64,000 nt of DNA from Vitrella brassicaformis CCMP3155 (lineage: Eukaryota; Protista; Chromerida). The notes beneath the pieces were generated by a model. It was not told where the DNA came from. It was given only the letters and a program-made list of their open reading frames with translations, and did not search any database. The stretch lies in contig CDMY01000227.1 of NCBI GenBank assembly GCA_001179505.1, positions 372,001 through 436,000 of the forward strand, read 5' to 3'. This document shows, in pieces, positions 26,056-39,084 of this stretch (its first letter is position 1; each line of letters starts with the position of its first letter). The position numbers and the translations under genes were made by a program.

Positions 26056-27637
26056 TCACATGGCCGGCGGCCCAAATATAGGTGGCAGCGAGCAGTCCAC
26101 CACAGTGGGCCGCCGCTCCATGTCTCCCACACCACACGACCACCACAACCCGTGTGGCCACGCACCTGGATCACCCCCACGCCCGTAGCCACGCACCACC
26201 ACAGCCGGCGATCCATCAGCACCAGCCGGCAGCAACGCGTGCGGGCTCGCGTCCCTCCCCTCCCGCTCTTCTCGAAGGCGCCTTCGCGAATGTTGAGAGG
26301 TGGGCACTAGGTCGTGAGGCGACTGGTTAGCCATGTCGAGTGCTGGAGAAACGCGGAATGTCGGTGGTGCGGGGGGGATGTCGAAAAGGATGGGCCGCGA
26401 CGCTCTGGGGAGGGATGGTGGACGTGGGTGTGGGCGTGATGGTGGCAGTGTGGGCGATGGCGGGCATGGGAATCCGATTTGGTCGAGGGTCCATGCGGCC
26501 ATGTCTCGCTGGAGCTGCACATCCTCTGCCACATCCAGCTGCCACTGCAGAACGAAATGAAGGAAGGAGAGGTGGTCACAGCAGGTGTGTGAGCATATGG
26601 TCGGTCACCTGTGTGACGGTCCACCATATGCGGAACGCCCTCATCTTCTTCTTCAGCAGCTTCTGCCGCACCACCCCCACAATCCTCCGCACACCGAGCT
26701 GCGCATTCACCTCCCGGATGGCTCTCATGGCCGCCCTGTAGTGGTCCACCTCTGCCAACAAACACCCGACAAACACACCTTTCCGTGTCATGCCTCCCGC
26801 CCTCCCAATCCGCCCATCCCACACACACACACACCCTGCACAGCGTGATGCTGGGTCAATGCGACAGCTGGTGAGAGAATGAGGCGCATGAAGGGCATCA
26901 GGGCACGCCGCATGCACTGATGCAGCACACGCTGAACCTTCTCCACTGCAATCTTCTGCGAAGCCTGTCCAACAGACAGAATGAGCTCCTGCCATGATTG
27001 ATTGCCATGATGACGGACGGCAGATGCGGGCAGGTGTGTGTACCTACCAGCAAAGGCGCCCCTTTCTTGCGAACGCGCAGAAGGACAGGCCGAGAGAGGC
27101 GATTCCGCAGCTCATCGAGGCTGAGGCCTTGGGCCACGATGGCCAATCTAACGAGTCCCTCTTTTTTGACGCGCTCGCCGTACAGCCGCCACATTCTACA
27201 TCCACACACGAACACTCGATGTGTCTCATCCATCGCCTTGGCCCTTTCGTCTCTGTGTGTTCTGACCTGTGCATCCGTCCGACCCCTCCACCGATTCGAG
27301 CCCACTTGCGCCACTTTGAAGGCGACACAGCAGCAGGCCCCAGCACCCCGGCATCCCCGGCGCCCCTCTCAGCGGGCCAGCCATCGTCTTCGGCGACTCT
27401 TCTTGACGCCGCTATCGCCTCACTCCCACTTCCCTGGTCTTGCACGAGGGCTGAAGTGGTCCTTGCTTCGGCTTCACGACTATCGTCTTCTCTTGGCGGC
27501 TCGTCGATGGGCTCAGGTGGAACGTAGAAGGCACTCCAGTCTCCCCCTCCTTCATCTCCTTCATCTTCGCTCGGGGCTCTGGATACCTGACCTGAAGAGG
27601 CACGGGAGGAGGCTGCCCTTGACGGAATGGCCTCCAT
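26056..27637 (-). CDS. Hypothetical protein with acidic N-terminus, basic helical middle and Pro-rich C-terminus; 3' end uncertain
   Basis: ATG at 27637 (MEAIPSRAASS), GT-AG exons with high GC3, helical segments KWRKWARI, MWRLYGERVKKE and QKLLKKKMRAFRIWW. Confidence 0.5.
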
Positions 27638-27726
27638 CCGATTTCGTTATGCTTTATTCACAGCATCAACAGTGCGAAATTATGATCAGCCGTTTATGCT
27701 TCTGACAAGCTGCAGTTGGTGGCATC

Positions 27727-29457
27727 ATGATGTTCGCTCTTGTTCCCTCTTTCTTTGCTGCTGTCCTTCTCCTGTGGACGGCGGCTGCCCAAGCTCAGAC
27801 GGGAGATGACGCCCAGCAAGGTTCGTTGCCAGCCTGCAGCAGTGTGGTATGCGCTGTGCCGCGGCTGTCTGTCAATCAGCACACAGACAACAAACGCGCA
27901 CCTCTGCCTGTCTGTCATTTCGGAACGTTTTGGTGGGTGCGCGTGGGATGTGTCCGGGCCTTCAGGTGAAAGGGACCCCGCAGTGGTGGGCGACATCGGA
28001 GATGTCCAATTAAATGCTGCCATCAGCGCCGCCATCTCGCAGGTAAGTCACGAGAAGGCACGCACGTTTGTTTGTCTTGTGGTGTGGTTGATGCACGGGC
28101 TGGCTGGGTGGGGTTGTGCAGATAAGGGATGGTGAAGCGTTCTTGTCTGTGCTCGATGAGCACTTCCCGACGGCCACCAAGACGTTCCCCTCTTGTGAGG
28201 CCTCGGCGTCATACCCACCCGCAGCAGAGGCAGAGGGCACCTTTGCCGAGGTGAGTGTGTGTGTGTGTGTGTATGTGTGTGTGGATCACACTCGTCCATG
28301 TATCCATCCATCCATCCGCCCATCGGCCGGCGTGTCTGTCCTGCAGGTGTTGGAGGATGGTGTGCTGGTGTTTGGGCTGCCGGCCAATGCGACCACCATT
28401 CAGCAGTTCAACATAGAGGTCGACAACCTGATTGTGGACGCACTCAGCTCACACTATGGCGTCGACATATCGCCAAAATTCGTTATCGTGGGTCAGTACT
28501 GTCGTGGATAGCCACACACACGCAACAACCGCACACAAGCGTATGTGTGTGTGTCTGTGGCACAGACAACCTCGCTGACTTTTTCGTGCCATTCCGCGAG
28601 GCGATGAACGTCGGTGAGGCCGATGTGCTGACCTGGTTCACCGTCACCGAGCGGCGGGCCCACTCTGTCGACTACACCAGCTGTTCGCTCGTCAACTTCG
28701 TCAACGAGGTCGGCGTGTGGGTGCTCGACTCATCCGAGCTGGCGGGCACCAACCTGACGGCTAAACCTGACGCACTCGATGGGTTAGGGCGGGAGGGCGA
28801 GGATGTCGAGATGCAAAGGGGTGCAGGAGAATATGCGTGTGTTCCTCTCCGTGTGTGTGTAGAATGAAGGTCGGCGTGTGCGACAACTGCTTCTACATCT
28901 CTGACTTCACAAAGACGGCACCGGTGGGTCGGGAGCAACAGCACGCAGCAGTGGCGGGCATATGTGTGTGAGTGTGTGTGAGTGTGTGTGTGTGTGTGTG
29001 ACGGTCTGCGCATTGCATTTGTGGGGGTGGTGGTGTGCAGGGTGTGTTGCTGGAGGAGCATGCGGTCTTCGACATGGTGCCTGCCCTCAAGCAGGGCAAA
29101 GTCGACGGCGTCGCAACCATACTCGTGGGGAGGGAAGGGAAGGGGAGGGGAGGATGGCCAATAGACGCATGTGTCACCCGACCCGTCTGTGCGCTCCTGC
29201 ATGCCATGCAGGCTGGTGGTCCTGGGTTGGAGGAGTTCCTGACGACCGCCGGGCTCGTCAAGCTGGAGGGCTCATTCGTGGTACGCAGACAGGGCGGGTG
29301 GGTATGTGGTGGGGTGTGTGGGGGTGCGGATGTGGGGGACGGGACGGAAGGGATCCCTGCTGTGTGTGTGTGTGTGCAGCTGGGCAATGACACGAGGGCA
29401 GCAGCCACTCGCTATGCTGGGCCAGACGGGGCAGTTACTGGACAAGGCGGCCTGTGA
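27727..29457 (+). CDS. Secreted family-3 (amino-acid/PBPb-type) solute-binding protein
   Basis: Signal peptide MMFALVPSFFAAVLLLWTAAAQA, then DGVLVFG, EVDNLIVDALSSHYGV, FREAMNVGEADV..WFTVTERRAHSVDYT, MKVGVC, DMVPALKQGKVDGV, which follow the PBP2/SBP_bac_3 pattern in order. No TM helices before the stop at 29457. Confidence 0.7.
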
Positions 29458-30901
29458 CCACACACAACAAGCTCTGATCGTTGGGGAGTGTGGTGTCTTT
29501 GGATGGCTTAGAGAGAGATGGCCAAGCGTGGCCACGTCTTGGTGTTTTCCGTCCGTCGTGTGTCGCGCGAGTGCGTGGCCGTGTGTGGCCGTGTGTGGGG
29601 GGATGAATCGCCTCTAGACTGGACTCGTTCGCTTGCACCAGCAGCATTCAGTAACGAAGTCACTCAGTCGCACACACAGACACACACATGAGCGAAGCAC
29701 ATAAGGCGAGAGGAGAGGACATAGGCAGACTGTCAGGTAGGGAGGCATCCAGGCAGACGGGCAGACAGACACAGGGAGGGGCGAGGCAAGGACAGCAGGC
29801 AGACAGCTGATGCTCTGCTCGCTGGTGAGCTAATTTGTCTTGACAGGCACATACGGGCGGCAGCCAATCCACGCACGCACATATACACCCATCCATCCAT
29901 CCATCCATTCATTGATTCATTAAAACCACCCACCCACCACACGCCGTCATCGATTCAGTCCCGTTTCCAGGCACTGGCAGGTAGGCCGCATGGGTGCTCT
30001 GCTGTGCATCAGTTGGCCGGCAGTCAGTGTGAAGTGACATCTCCTCGGGAACACGCGATGGACACGTTCGGTTAGCCCCTCTTCTCTCAGAGGTTTGGCC
30101 GACCATGTCCCACCACGTGATGCAGATAATGTCACCCGCACCGCCAGCCACAGTGAGCCAATCCCACTTCAGTCAGGGCATATGACGTCTACTCATGGTA
30201 TCTCACTAGTTAGGTCGTCCCGCCTCCCTCGTCTCATTGCGCGTGGGGGGACTCGTTGGTGCTTCTGGCTGCTATTATCGGCGAGTGGACGCGCCTGCCT
30301 GCATTGCCTATGGCAGGCAGGGCAGAAGCACCCGACCGACCGCAGGACAAGACAAGACATACCCCGCTGGTATACAGACAGCTATGTGGAGAGATTCAGG
30401 CCCCTGCTGGGCACCACCCCACTCTTCATCCATCTATCCATCCATCCATCTGTCTGCTAGGCTAGGCTAGGCTGTGTTATGTATGGTACACTGCACACAC
30501 CGCATAGACTCTGTTGGACGCATGTGCATGGGTGTGGGGTGGTGAACCTCTCCGCCAGCAGTAGCAGCAGCAGCTGCAACGAGTAGGACGATGGGTGTGG
30601 GTGGAATGGGGGTCAAGGGGCAAAACGCCTACACCCATTGTGTGTGTGTGTATGTGTGTGTGTGTGTGTGTTGGGGAGAAAGATAGGCAGACAGGAGGCA
30701 GGCTAGGCAGAAAAATTAAAGGCGGGAAGGAGAGGGCGGGAGGGAGAGAGAGAGAGGGTGAGACAGACCAACACGCATCCATCCATCCATCCACGGCATG
30801 CACTAGGAGCTCATGAGTGCGATACACAACACAACCACCCGAACGCATCACACGCATAAACTCTGTATACCCATTGATTGATTGCATGCACCCACCTCTC
30901 C

Positions 30902-31201
30902 NNNNNNNNNNNNNNNNNNNNNNNNNNNNNNNNNNNNNNNNNNNNNNNNNNNNNNNNNNNNNNNNNNNNNNNNNNNNNNNNNNNNNNNNNNNNNNNNNNN
31001 NNNNNNNNNNNNNNNNNNNNNNNNNNNNNNNNNNNNNNNNNNNNNNNNNNNNNNNNNNNNNNNNNNNNNNNNNNNNNNNNNNNNNNNNNNNNNNNNNNNN
31101 NNNNNNNNNNNNNNNNNNNNNNNNNNNNNNNNNNNNNNNNNNNNNNNNNNNNNNNNNNNNNNNNNNNNNNNNNNNNNNNNNNNNNNNNNNNNNNNNNNNN
31201 N
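30902..31201. other. Assembly gap (300 N)
   Basis: N run flanked by C-rich tracts. Confidence 1.
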
Positions 31202-31420
31202 CCCCCCCATCATAGCTCATTCACCCACCCACACACAGGTCAACACCGACCCGCTCAGGTTGCTGTGTTTGGATTAAAAGAAACACACACGCACGCACGC
31301 AGAGAGACACCCACGCCCACACACATACACACACACACACACACATACACGCCCATCATTCTTGGATAAAAGCAAAACGGCCCCAGTGGCAGAGGTGTGT
31401 GTGGTGTGTGTGCATGGTGT

Positions 31421-32981
31421 TCATGCGCTGGCGGGCTCCTTGATGTCGAGCAGCTTGAGCTTCTCCTGCAGGAACGCGTCAGCCTGCTGCATGTCGCCTA
31501 CACCAACACACACACGTGTGTGTGTCTCTCTCTCTCCCTGTGTGTGTGTGTGTGTCTGTGTGTCTCACTCTTGAAGTCTTCAATATCGATGGTCTCCGCC
31601 AGGTGGTCCACGATACGCATCATCTCCTTCCAGAACCGAATCGCAATCTACACAGACCAACACACACACAGCACCACGACAGACACACATATGACATAAG
31701 GCCCCTGCCTGCTCGTGATCATTTCTCCCTCCCCTCCCTCTGTGTGTGCGTGTCGGTGTGTCAGTGCACCTGGAGGTCCTCGTAGGGCGCGAGGCAAGCC
31801 GGGAATGCCTTCTGCAGCGCCTCGCGGAAGGCGTCTCGCTGCTGAGAGGGAGTCGACGAAGGGTCGGGCGCCTTGTAGTCCTGATAGATGAACACACACA
31901 CGCCCCCGCCGTCAGCCGCATGACGCTAATCAAGCCTGTGTGTGTGTGTGTGTGTGGTTACGAGGAAGAATTTGACAGCGACTCCCATGCAGTTCCTGGG
32001 GAGCATGAAGGTGGGCAGCGGGGGGTTCTCCTTGACCGGGTTCATGTAGTCCTTCGGCAGGAACTTCTCCTTGGTCACATCCTGCACACACACACAGGGA
32101 CACACACACGGAGACACACACAGGGGCGGCCATCTCTGTGTGTGTAGTGGTGGTGAGTTGTGGGTTGCTGACCTTGAGGAGGATATGGGCGACGCAGGCC
32201 TCGACCATCTGCCTGAGTGTTCTCTTGAGGATCTTGACTATCGAGTGAAACGCCGCCAGGTCAAAGTCAACCTGGTAGACCCATCCCCCCATCCACACAC
32301 ACATCCATCCATCCATCCATGTGTGTGTGTGTGTGCGAGTGTGTTTGGCTGCGCAGCGTACGTCAGCATTCCACATGTCGTGGCTCTTGAGCTTCATCGG
32401 TATGAGCGACATGAGCCGCGACAGCAGCAGCGCCGACCGCTGGTTGGCGTTGGCCGCCTCGCTCTTGACATACTTGACGCCCTTCGGAAACGGCCTGACG
32501 TCACAAACAAAGGCAGCCAACCACACACACACACGCACCTCCCACGTGTGTGTGTGTTGGGGGTTGGGGAAGGGCTACCTGTCCAGTGGAGCCTCGAGTG
32601 GGTCGCCCGACAGGCAGCCGACCTTCATGAGCTCCAGGGCGAACAGGGCGTGCTCCTGGAACTCGCGCGGCGACTGAACCAACGCTGAACCGAAGACGGT
32701 CATCCCACCTGCACATCGGCCACAGACACCCACACACATCAACATCCACACATCACATCAGGGTGTGAGAGGGGAGGGGAGCCTTCCTTTGTGTGGTGTG
32801 GGGTGTGTGGGGGTGGCTGGCTGGCTGACCGTCTTCTCGTGTGAAGTATCCGACGTTTTCCAGGAGCATCAGCTGGACGAGGGCCAGCAGGGTGTCCTGG
32901 TTCGACGGCATCGTGGAACCGCTCTTGGCTGCACACAACACAAACATGCACCCAACGCAGTCCATTTCCATTCAGCCGTCG

Positions 32982-33016
<35 letters not shown>

Positions 33017-35165
33017 TGCGTGCTGTGGCAGGGGTCACTCCCTCTGGCTGGGTATCTCTCAGACCAGAGAGCCTGATGGCATCTGCCCGTTCTGGCTAGC
33101 TCTCTATGCGGTGGGCCGTCGACCCGTCACTCACTCAACAACGAACGTCTCAGTGAGGGGCCACTCATCAACAAACGGCCACCTGGTCGCTGTTCTGCCC
33201 CTCCCTCCCTCTGTGTGTATGTGTATGTGTGTGGAGGGGGCTAGGCTGCTCGTACACACATCTGAGGTTGCTGAAGAGTGTCGCGCCTGTTTCCGCCTGC
33301 TGGTGGTGCCAGGCGAGGCAGAAGCGGAGGTCGATGATGCCGCCGTCCTTCCTCTCCTTCTTCTGGCGCTCCTGCTCACCCTGCAGATCCTCGGCAGTGA
33401 ACACCCAACTGAACCCTGCACAACACACACACAGACGTGGAGAGGTGACTGGGAGGGAGGGAGGGAGGTGGAGGGGGGTGGGCTGCGTGCCTTCGTGGCA
33501 TTTGGGGGGTTCCGGCTCGTTAGCGCTTTCGGACTGGTTGCCACCGTTTTGGTTGCACGAGTATCGCGAGAAAGTGATGGCCCTCTCCTGGAAGGACTTG
33601 TGCAGCCGCATGGCCACCAGACCCAGCGCACGACCGCGGTACTCCTTCAAATCCTGCAGAGAGACAGAGAGACCAAGAGAGAGAGGAAGAGCAGCACGGG
33701 AGTGTGTTGGTTGGTTGGTTGGTCACTGACTGTCCCGGGGTGTGTGTGTGTGTGTGTGTGTGGTTCGTTACGCACATTGAGCAGGTCCCTGTACTCGTTG
33801 GAGTCGACCGTCGGATGCGAGAAATCGTACCACTCGCCCGTCGCCAACACCGTCGGGATCTTGCGCGATATCACACCTGTCCACACACACAAACAAACGC
33901 AGGGACGTCTTGTCATCTGAAGCTGAAGGAAGTGGCCCATCTCTCTCCTCTCCCTGCCTGTCACCTTTGGTGAGGAGGTAGTAGAGTGCGCTGGGCAGCT
34001 TGGAGCCGACGATTTTGCTGAAGTCGCTGGGCAGCATGACGGTCTGGTTCATGGCCGTGGAGGGGTGGGGCGGGCCGACCTCCCCGTCGAGCTGCATGAC
34101 CAGCGGGTACTGAATCAGCGCGCGGCACGTGCAGTAGCCGTCAACGTGGTCATTCTTCATCTCCTCGTTGGGGAAATGCTGCCCCACACACACACACACA
34201 CACACAGGGGCGGAGGGGCGGGTCAATGGTTGTTCACCTGGCTGCCCGGCTGGCTGGCTGGCTGACCGACCTGCATATAGCTGATGAGTGGGGCCTGCTT
34301 GATGAACTCGATGGCCGTCCCAAAGGTGAAGTGGGCCGTGCCTGCGTGGAACTGTGTCAGGTTGAGGTACGGGAAGGTCAGGCAGTACTCCGTCCCCGCC
34401 AGCAGACAGGCGTCCACAAACTGCTCCTTGTTGACGCTCCACGTCTGCAGCAGCCTCGACAGCTCCACCCAGTCGAAATGCTCGTTCTTCCAGTCGATCC
34501 CGATGACCACCTTGCTCACGCCGTAGAGCAGCAAGGCCGGCGGCCCAAACACGGCGTCGAAGTAGTTCTTGTCGACGAAGTAGGCGATCTGCGCGGTGGC
34601 GAAGTAGGGCGCCTGGATGCACTCGCAGTCCTTGGTCCGCAGGTAGTGGAACACGAACTGGGTGAAGTCGCTGTTGATGCGGCTGGTGGCCTGGGCGAAC
34701 CGCTGCTGCGCCTGGAACCGGTCGCCCTCGGTCAGCAGCTGCCAGGCGTCGTCCATCTGCTGGTGCAGCTGACTCGAAAACAGCTGGTGACTCCGGGGCT
34801 GCATGCCTGAACCACCACACAATCACATCATGTGCCTCAGCTCTGACTCTCGCCGTGCCTATGTCTCCCTCCCCTCCCCTCCTTGTGGCTGTCTGCCTGT
34901 CTGTCTGTCTGTCTGCCTGACCTTGGAAGATGAAGACCGGGCTGATGTTGTTCTTCTTGAACTGGTCCAGCTCCCTGTCGATGACGCCGTACATGGCCGG
35001 CGGCAGGCCCCCCAGGGCATCCGCAAACGGGTCTTTGAGGCCGCTGAGGGTCCTGGTCCAGTAGACGGCGTCGATGCCCACGCGGAACCCGTGTAGGTTC
35101 TCGAGGCTGTTCTGCATGACCAGCTTCTGGTCCTGCAAAAACGTCTGCAAGTGACGCACGCGCAT
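31421..35165 (-). CDS. MKT1: Mkt1 (XPG/PIN-like post-transcriptional regulator)
   Basis: MRVRHLQTFL..., GIDAVYW, DPFADALGGLP, PVFIFQG, QAPYFATAQIAY, FVDACLLAGTEYC. Terminal exon SDMQQADAFLQEKLKLLDIKEPASA* ends at 31421. Confidence 0.85.
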
Positions 35166-35686
35166 CTTTGGTTTGTTTCTTGCTCCCAAAGCTCCCTCCT
35201 GCTGCGTGAACGAACCTGCATGAGCAATTCAATCATCACACAAACCGGCACGGTACAGTGAGCGTGTGCCAGCTGTGGCGCGTTTGCTCCGTCCGTGCAC
35301 GTGTGTGTGTGTGTGGTCTTACGCTGTGCTTTGTTGTTTGTCAGATCAGTGTGCCGCCCGAGGAGCAGATCACAAGGAAACCTGCCAGTGCACTGTCTCG
35401 ACCGCAGTCTTCAGACGGTCAAGAGCACGGTGTCAGACGCCGGCTGGTTGAGGCGGCGGAAACCGACAGACAAGAAGCGATGAAGGGAAGGGTAGAGAGG
35501 GAGGGCAGGCAAGGATGCCGGCTGAAAATGGCACGCACACCGGAGATCTCTGCCCTGTGGCTGCTGGCCTTCCCGCTCCTCTCTCTCAGCTCGCCGCTGC
35601 GAGCTTGAAGCCAATCGCAGTCCAATTGGCTCAATAGGCAGAAAGAAGTGAGGAACAGCAGAGGCGGAGGGCCAGCGCCTTCTAGG

Positions 35687-37305
35687 ATGGACAGGCTTCC
35701 CCCCGAGCATTTGCAGGCGTCCCTCGGCTCCCTCAACGTGCCTGGGCTGCTCGTGGCGAGGGCGGTGTGCCAGGCGTGGCGCAGGTGCATAACACACACA
35801 TGACCGACCCAACACAAGCACGAAATGCCCCACACACACAGAATGAAGAGTGTTTTGTGTGTTTGCTGTGTGCCCTTTGGTGCGACTTCTCCAACAGGAG
35901 CGTGTGTGAGATTCTGAGGGTGAGCAACAAGCAAGCACGTCTTCAACGGGCCAACGGGCCGTCATCACCGCTGTCTTTTCCTTCCCTGCCTGCAGCAAGG
36001 TTTCGACGTCTCGTCAGCGGACACCACCACCAGCAGGACGAGCTTGCCAGGTAGGCACACACACACACAGAACACACACACGCACACACACACATGTGGT
36101 GCGCGTGTGTGTGGTGTTGGGCAGACGAGGGTCTCTTCCACCAGCTGGCCACCAGCTTCGGCACACGCAAGTGGTCCCTGGCCCGGATATCGCGCATCCT
36201 GCGGGTGTTCGACGCCAGCGGCCACGTGTCTGCCAGACTCACTAGTGACTCGGACTTCGTGGCCCTGCACCACCGGCTCTCCAGATGGGGCGCCGGCAGG
36301 GAGGCGCCCAATGCTGGTACGAACGCACGTGGGCAGGACGACACCATGTTTGTCACACGGTCGTGCAGAGGGGGTGTGTGTGGGGTGTGTGTGTGTGTGT
36401 GTGTGTGCAGATTTGGTTCACCTGTTCAACAAGGCCGGCCGTCGTCTGCACACGGTGACGCAGGACGATGCGCCCGTGTGGCTGGTGGTGGACCTGGGGC
36501 CCTTCCTGAGACTCACCCCCTCCGCATACTCACTCAGACACAACTCCAAGTAACCAACAAACAGACGAGTGTGAAGGCAGACTACCAGATCACTCACAAG
36601 TGACACGACACATATGACGCGTCGTCGATATGTCGATTCTTACCCTCTGTGCGCAATGTGGTTTGGTTTGGTGTAGGGGCTGTGCGCCACGCAATTGGGA
36701 TTTCTACGCCTCGGCGGATGGCGACCGGTGGACGCTGCTCAGACAGCACAGAGGCGACACCGCACTGCAACAGGTGAATGGGTGGGTGGGTGGGTCGACC
36801 AAACGGCCAGCCAATTCATTCATCATCCTTCCCGTCTTCTGACCTTGGCCTTTTCCAGGAGCCCGGCAGCGCGGCGCGTTGGTGCATCGACGACCCCTCC
36901 AGCTCGGCCTCCTCGCCACCATCCGCCCACTCACGCCGCACCCTGCCCCCATCATTCCTCCCATCTCTGCAGCTACCACCAACCACCACCACCACCATCA
37001 TGACCACCGGCAGCAGCAGCACCAGCTGCAGCACGAGTGCCAGCGCGTCCCCTTCCTCCCCGCCCCACCCGTCCCATCGCTCCTGGAACCCTCGGCCAGC
37101 CACCCACCAGCGGTGTGAGGGGTGGCTGGCCAGCGGGCGGGTGGGGCCTTCACGGGGCGTGGTGCGGCCGCATGTGGACGGTGTCCGTGAGGGGTACCGC
37201 TTTTTCTGTGTGTGCATGCCGCCCAGCGGCGACAGGGGGGAACGGACGGAGCTGCACGTCAGCGGAATGGAGCTCTTCGGCAGGCTGCAGATACTGGTCA
37301 GCTAG
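35687..37305 (+). CDS. F-box protein with a C-terminal HECTD1/discoidin (F5/8 type C, SUN-like) domain
   Basis: N-terminal DRLPPEHLQASLGSLNVPGLLVARAVCQAWR (F-box-like). C-terminal WLVVDLG...PSAYSLRH, PRNWDFYASADGDRWTLLRQHRGDTAL, PGSAARW, GYRFF, LHVSGMELFG. Confidence 0.7.
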
Positions 37306-38180
37306 ATGACAGACTGGCGGGCTGGCGAGCTGGTGTGATATGGATGGATGGATGGATGGGGGATGGACACAGACAGACGGACGTGAATGCGCTGTCGTGA
37401 AATTCTGTGTTTGTATAGCAGTGGTCGCGCCGCCCCATCTGCGTGCGCTTGTAGAGTACGGGTCAAGCTGTGTACCATACTTCCTGTCTGCCTGTCTGTC
37501 TGTCTGTCTTTGCTCTTACCTTACTGGGCTTCTCTTTTTGGCCTGACTGTATGAGCGATGCAGCCACCCCCTGTCAGTGGGGTTGACTTGACTTGACTTG
37601 GTGGTCCATCCGTCGCATCTCCCCCTCTCATGCCATGCTGTCTGGCGACGTTTGGGGGGAGGCAGCACACTCTGTCTCCCTGCATGCCATCCGTCACGAG
37701 GTGGACGAGGAAACGCCACCACAGGTGGCTGGCCAGAGAACACCTCTAGGGACGTCTAGGTATCTGCGGGAATTGATTGGGGACGGGTGTCCCCGGGTAA
37801 ATCGGGTTGTATCATTGTTTCTCTGCCCGTGGTGTGCCTCTCGTGTTTCGATGCGGCTCGCCAGGCTGGCCTGCTGTCGAGTCCACTCGGTCTGTGGGCC
37901 TGCCTTTCGTCCCGCTTCATCAACACGGGCACCTTGGGTGGGGTGGTGGTCGGGGCGCTGTCGTATGGCCAGCAGGGTTTATATAGACAGTCAAGTACGC
38001 AATGCTGAAAGCTGCATTGACTGGCGTAGCAGCAGTGTCTCTTTCTGTTTTGGTGTCGCCAAGCCACGAACGAATCTATACAGGTAGGAAGGCCAACCAT
38101 GCACAGCCAGCCAAACGACACAGAAAGGCCCGCATCTTCACACTCGCACCCCCTCCCCCACCCCATACACACGCACTCGG

Positions 38181-38791
38181 TCACATCCCGAACGGCCCTG
38201 GGGCCAGGTTGAGCACATAGGCCGCCATGAGGCCCACCACAGCCGCCCTGCAGCAGGCAAGGCAGTCGAGCGCACACACACACAGGCACACACAAGAGAC
38301 TCACCATGAGTGTGTGAGGGTGAAGACGAACAGGTCTGCACTGCACTTACCCGGCCGACAACCTGAGCCGACTTGTCTCGGCGTCGCACTGCTTCATGAG
38401 GCAAAATTGCCGGACGGCGGCCAACAGGGCACACCACGCAAACCCCTTGTACTAAAAGACGCACACACACACACATACACACGCACACATCATGATGCTG
38501 TCAATACGCCAGTGACAACTGTGAGCACACCTGGAAGTAGACCGCTGGGATGGCACAAAAAAAGGCAAGGAACGCCATGGCCTCACACTCGGCGTCGCCC
38601 TCGGGAGCACGGGGACGGTACTCACGCGCACGGGAGAGATCTCGCTGATCTGATGACAGACAGGATGAGCAACGACCACCATGCACAGAGCACAGGAAGT
38701 GGCAGCCATGGCGCCATTCAGGCGTGTGTGTGTTGGCTGCCATCTCCCCAGACTCACCGCTGAGCACTGCTGGTCCCTCCTTCTTCCTCAT
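38181..38791 (-). CDS. Asterix / PAT complex subunit (UPF0139, WDR83OS-like) small ER membrane protein
   Basis: Not in the ORF track as one piece. Four exons splice in frame to MRKKEGPAVLSDQRDLSRAREYRPRAPEGDAECEAMAFLAFFCAIPAVYFQYKGFAWCALLAAVRQFCLMKQCDAETSRLRLSAGAAVVGLMAAYVLNLAPGPFGM*, fitting the D.R...Y.P / K..AW pattern and size. Confidence 0.7.
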
Positions 38792-39084
38792 CTCCCCAGC
38801 GGTGACAAACACGATATTCTCGGGATGAAACGCAATGAATCGCTGATTGTGAGGCCTTTACAACACGCCTGCAAGATTTTGTGAGCGCGGGCGTCTGCGA
38901 GCTTAGCTTCGGAAAGTGTTAGGGTGTAGGGTTCTGGGTTTGCAGAAGGAGGAGGCTGCCAAGCAGGCAGGCGGCCAGACAAGGAAAAAGGTGGGTTGAT
39001 CTTAGCTCCGGAGCATGCTAGTCGTTGGCCCAGCTGGCTTCGAGACCAAGCCCTCGCTTCGCTTTGTATCTGCCGCTTCCAGGC

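Noticed and set aside
26560-27300. Sfi1-like centrin-binding repeats in the hypothetical protein
   Set aside because: Only 2-3 loose F/L-x2-W matches without regular spacing; insufficient evidence.
33768-35189. 473-aa ORF as listed in the track
   Set aside because: It starts at TTG and reads through introns into wrong frames; the real Mkt1 starts at ATG 35165 and is spliced.
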